A stretch of 64,000 nt of DNA, taken from NCBI GenBank assembly GCA_963760795.1, contig CAVXEP010000029.1:224001-288000 (forward strand), given 5' to 3'. Within the stretch, counting starts at the first letter, position 1. Each line of letters begins with the position of its first letter. Shown piece by piece: positions 62,665 to 64,000 of the stretch. Made by a program: the position numbers and the translations under genes. The stretch is from an uncultured delta proteobacterium (GTDB lineage Bacteria; Desulfobacterota; Binatia; UBA9968). The notes beneath the pieces were generated by a model. The model was not told the DNA's origin, searched no databases, and saw only the letters and a list, made by a program, of their open reading frames with translations.

Positions 62665-64000
62665 CTTCGCAGGCGCAAAGCAACGATCATTTGCTGGTGG
62701 AGAATCACGAGCTGCGAACGCGTCTGGAAGAGGCGGAAGAGTTACTGACTGCGATTCGCGCCGGCAACGTCGACGCGCTGGTGATCGAAGGACCCCAAGG
62801 ACCCCAGGTCTACACGCTCCAAGGGGCCGATCAACCCTATCGCACCTATGTCGAGACCATGAACGAAGGCGCGGTGACGCTTTCGCAAGATGGCACCATT
62901 CTCTACTCTAATCGGCAATTCGCCGAGTTGACCGCAGCTTCCATTGAAGAGACCATCGGCGGATCGTTTTTCGCTTTCATTGCCGGTCCCGACCAGGATG
63001 CGGTCGCCGCGCTGTTACGCGCGGGCGACGGCGGCAGCGGCCGGGTTGAAATCGCACTTGAAGATCGCGCCGGCACGCCCATCCCGGTGCGGATTTCGGC
63101 GCGGCGCACGCGGGTCGGCAGCGACGAATTTATCTGCCTGGTGGTGACGGATCTGCGCGGCCAGAAGCTCCAGGATCAATTGCGCGAAGCCGACCAGCGC
63201 AAGAACGAATTTCTCGCCATACTGGGACATGAACTGAGAAATCCTCTGGCGATCATTCACAATCTGCTGCAAGTTATGCGCAAAAAATTTGGCGCGGACG
63301 CGTCGGCCGACATGCGCGAGATGATCGAGGAACAAACGCGCCAAATGGGGCGGCTGATCGACGACCTGCTCGACGTCTCGCGCATTACCACCGGCAAGAT
63401 ACGCCTGGAGTTGACGTGTTTCGATGTCGCCGAGGTGCTGGCGGAGACGGTGCAAAGCTACCGCGACACTCTCGAAGCCAACGGCTTGAGGCTCATTCTC
63501 GAACTGCCAAACCGGCAGTTATTCGTCAATGGCGACAAAACCCGGATCGCGCAGGTGATTGGTAATTTGCTGCATAATGCGAGCAAGTTTACCGATGGCG
63601 ACGGCCAGGTGACGGTGGCTTTGAGCGCAGATTCTGGCGACAATTCAGCGTTGATTCGCGTCCGCGATACCGGGATGGGCATGGACAATGAAACTTTGCA
63701 GAGTGTGTTCGACAGCTTCGCCCAGGCGGACCGCAGTATCGCGCGCAGCCGCGGCGGCCTTGGTTTGGGGCTGGCGCTGGTCAAAGGGCTGGTCGAGCTT
63801 CATGGCGGCGAAGTGACGGGGGCGAGCGCCGGCCCAGGACAGGGTTCCGAATTTATCATTCGCTTGCCCATCGAAAAGGCTCCGTTAGTAGCCTCTGCCG
63901 AAAAAGTAGCGAGCGTTGGACGAACGCGCTGCTTCCGTATTCTCATCATAGAAGACAACCAAGCCGGCGCCTTGAGCATGCAATTGTTGTTAAAGCAGCT
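62661..64000 (+). CDS. Kai-associated hybrid kinase (coiled coil-PAS-HisKA-HATPase-REC), truncated by the window edge
   Basis: Manual translation from ATG 62661 (ATGA overlap with kaiB): ELRTRLEEAEELLTAIRAGNVDALV..MNEGAV..GHELRNPL..NASKF..GLGLGL..ILIIEDN. Not in the ORF track. Confidence 0.92.
   Translation, partial: MTSQAQSNDHLLVENHELRTRLEEAEELLTAIRAGNVDALVIEGPQGPQVYTLQGADQPYRTYVETMNEGAVTLSQDGTILYSNRQFAELTAASIEETIGGSFFAFIAGPDQDAVAALLRAGDGGSGRVEIALEDRAGTPIPVRISARRTRVGSDEFICLVVTDLRGQKLQDQLREADQRKNEFLAILGHELRNPLAIIHNLLQVMRKKFGADASADMREMIEEQTRQMGRLIDDLLDVSRITTGKIRLELTCFDVAEVLAETVQSYRDTLEANGLRLILELPNRQLFVNGDKTRIAQVIGNLLHNASKFTDGDGQVTVALSADSGDNSALIRVRDTGMGMDNETLQSVFDSFAQADRSIARSRGGLGLGLALVKGLVELHGGEVTGASAGPGQGSEFIIRLPIEKAPLVASAEKVASVGRTRCFRILIIEDNQAGALSMQLLLKQ

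Noticed and set aside
1-64000. Prophage, ICE, integrase, IS, tRNA/rRNA, kaiA or defence system
   Set aside because: No recognisable motifs or structures for any of these; the island boundaries lie outside the window.

Overview
A 64-kb bacterial stress and respiration gene island. The small orphan protein families and heptamer repeats resemble those of Candidatus Binatia or related deltaproteobacteria-like soil MAGs (inference only). Left part (1-14.2 kb, visibly more AT-rich, patchy, several gene relics): 5' end of a large-subunit catalase (missed by the ORF track), ferritin-like proteins, two Hsp20s, a diheme CcP/MauG-family protein, GlsB/YeaQ/YmgE, HAD hydrolase, DUF6766, isochorismatase and hemerythrin. 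At 14.2-27.9 kb (minus): complete alternative complex III (actABCDEF plus actG-like), SCO and an A2-type caa3 oxidase. Divergent from it: Ku, a ligase-less LigD, DUF2231, pyruvate oxidase, rhodanese-CBS, SRPBCC and VOC. Then CsbD/sORF/BON, FtsH, histidine kinases including a CheB-CheR-PAS-HK-REC fusion, a Csp3-like Cu-storage protein, a PQQ sugar dehydrogenase, a second heme-copper oxidase operon and kaiC-kaiB-kaiB-kinase. Main observations: (1) the second oxidase keeps all metal ligands but lacks the K-channel Lys, the subunit II entry Glu and all three D-channel Asn; (2) nine canonical -24/-12 (sigma-54) motifs lie upstream of general-stress genes, ACIII and NHEJ, including a duplicated ~117-bp promoter module; (3) two families of inverted intergenic repeats are concentrated in the respiratory operons. 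About 15 frameshifts are all +1 shifts and are most likely sequencing artefacts. No rRNA, tRNA, CRISPR array, integrase or transposase was recognised.
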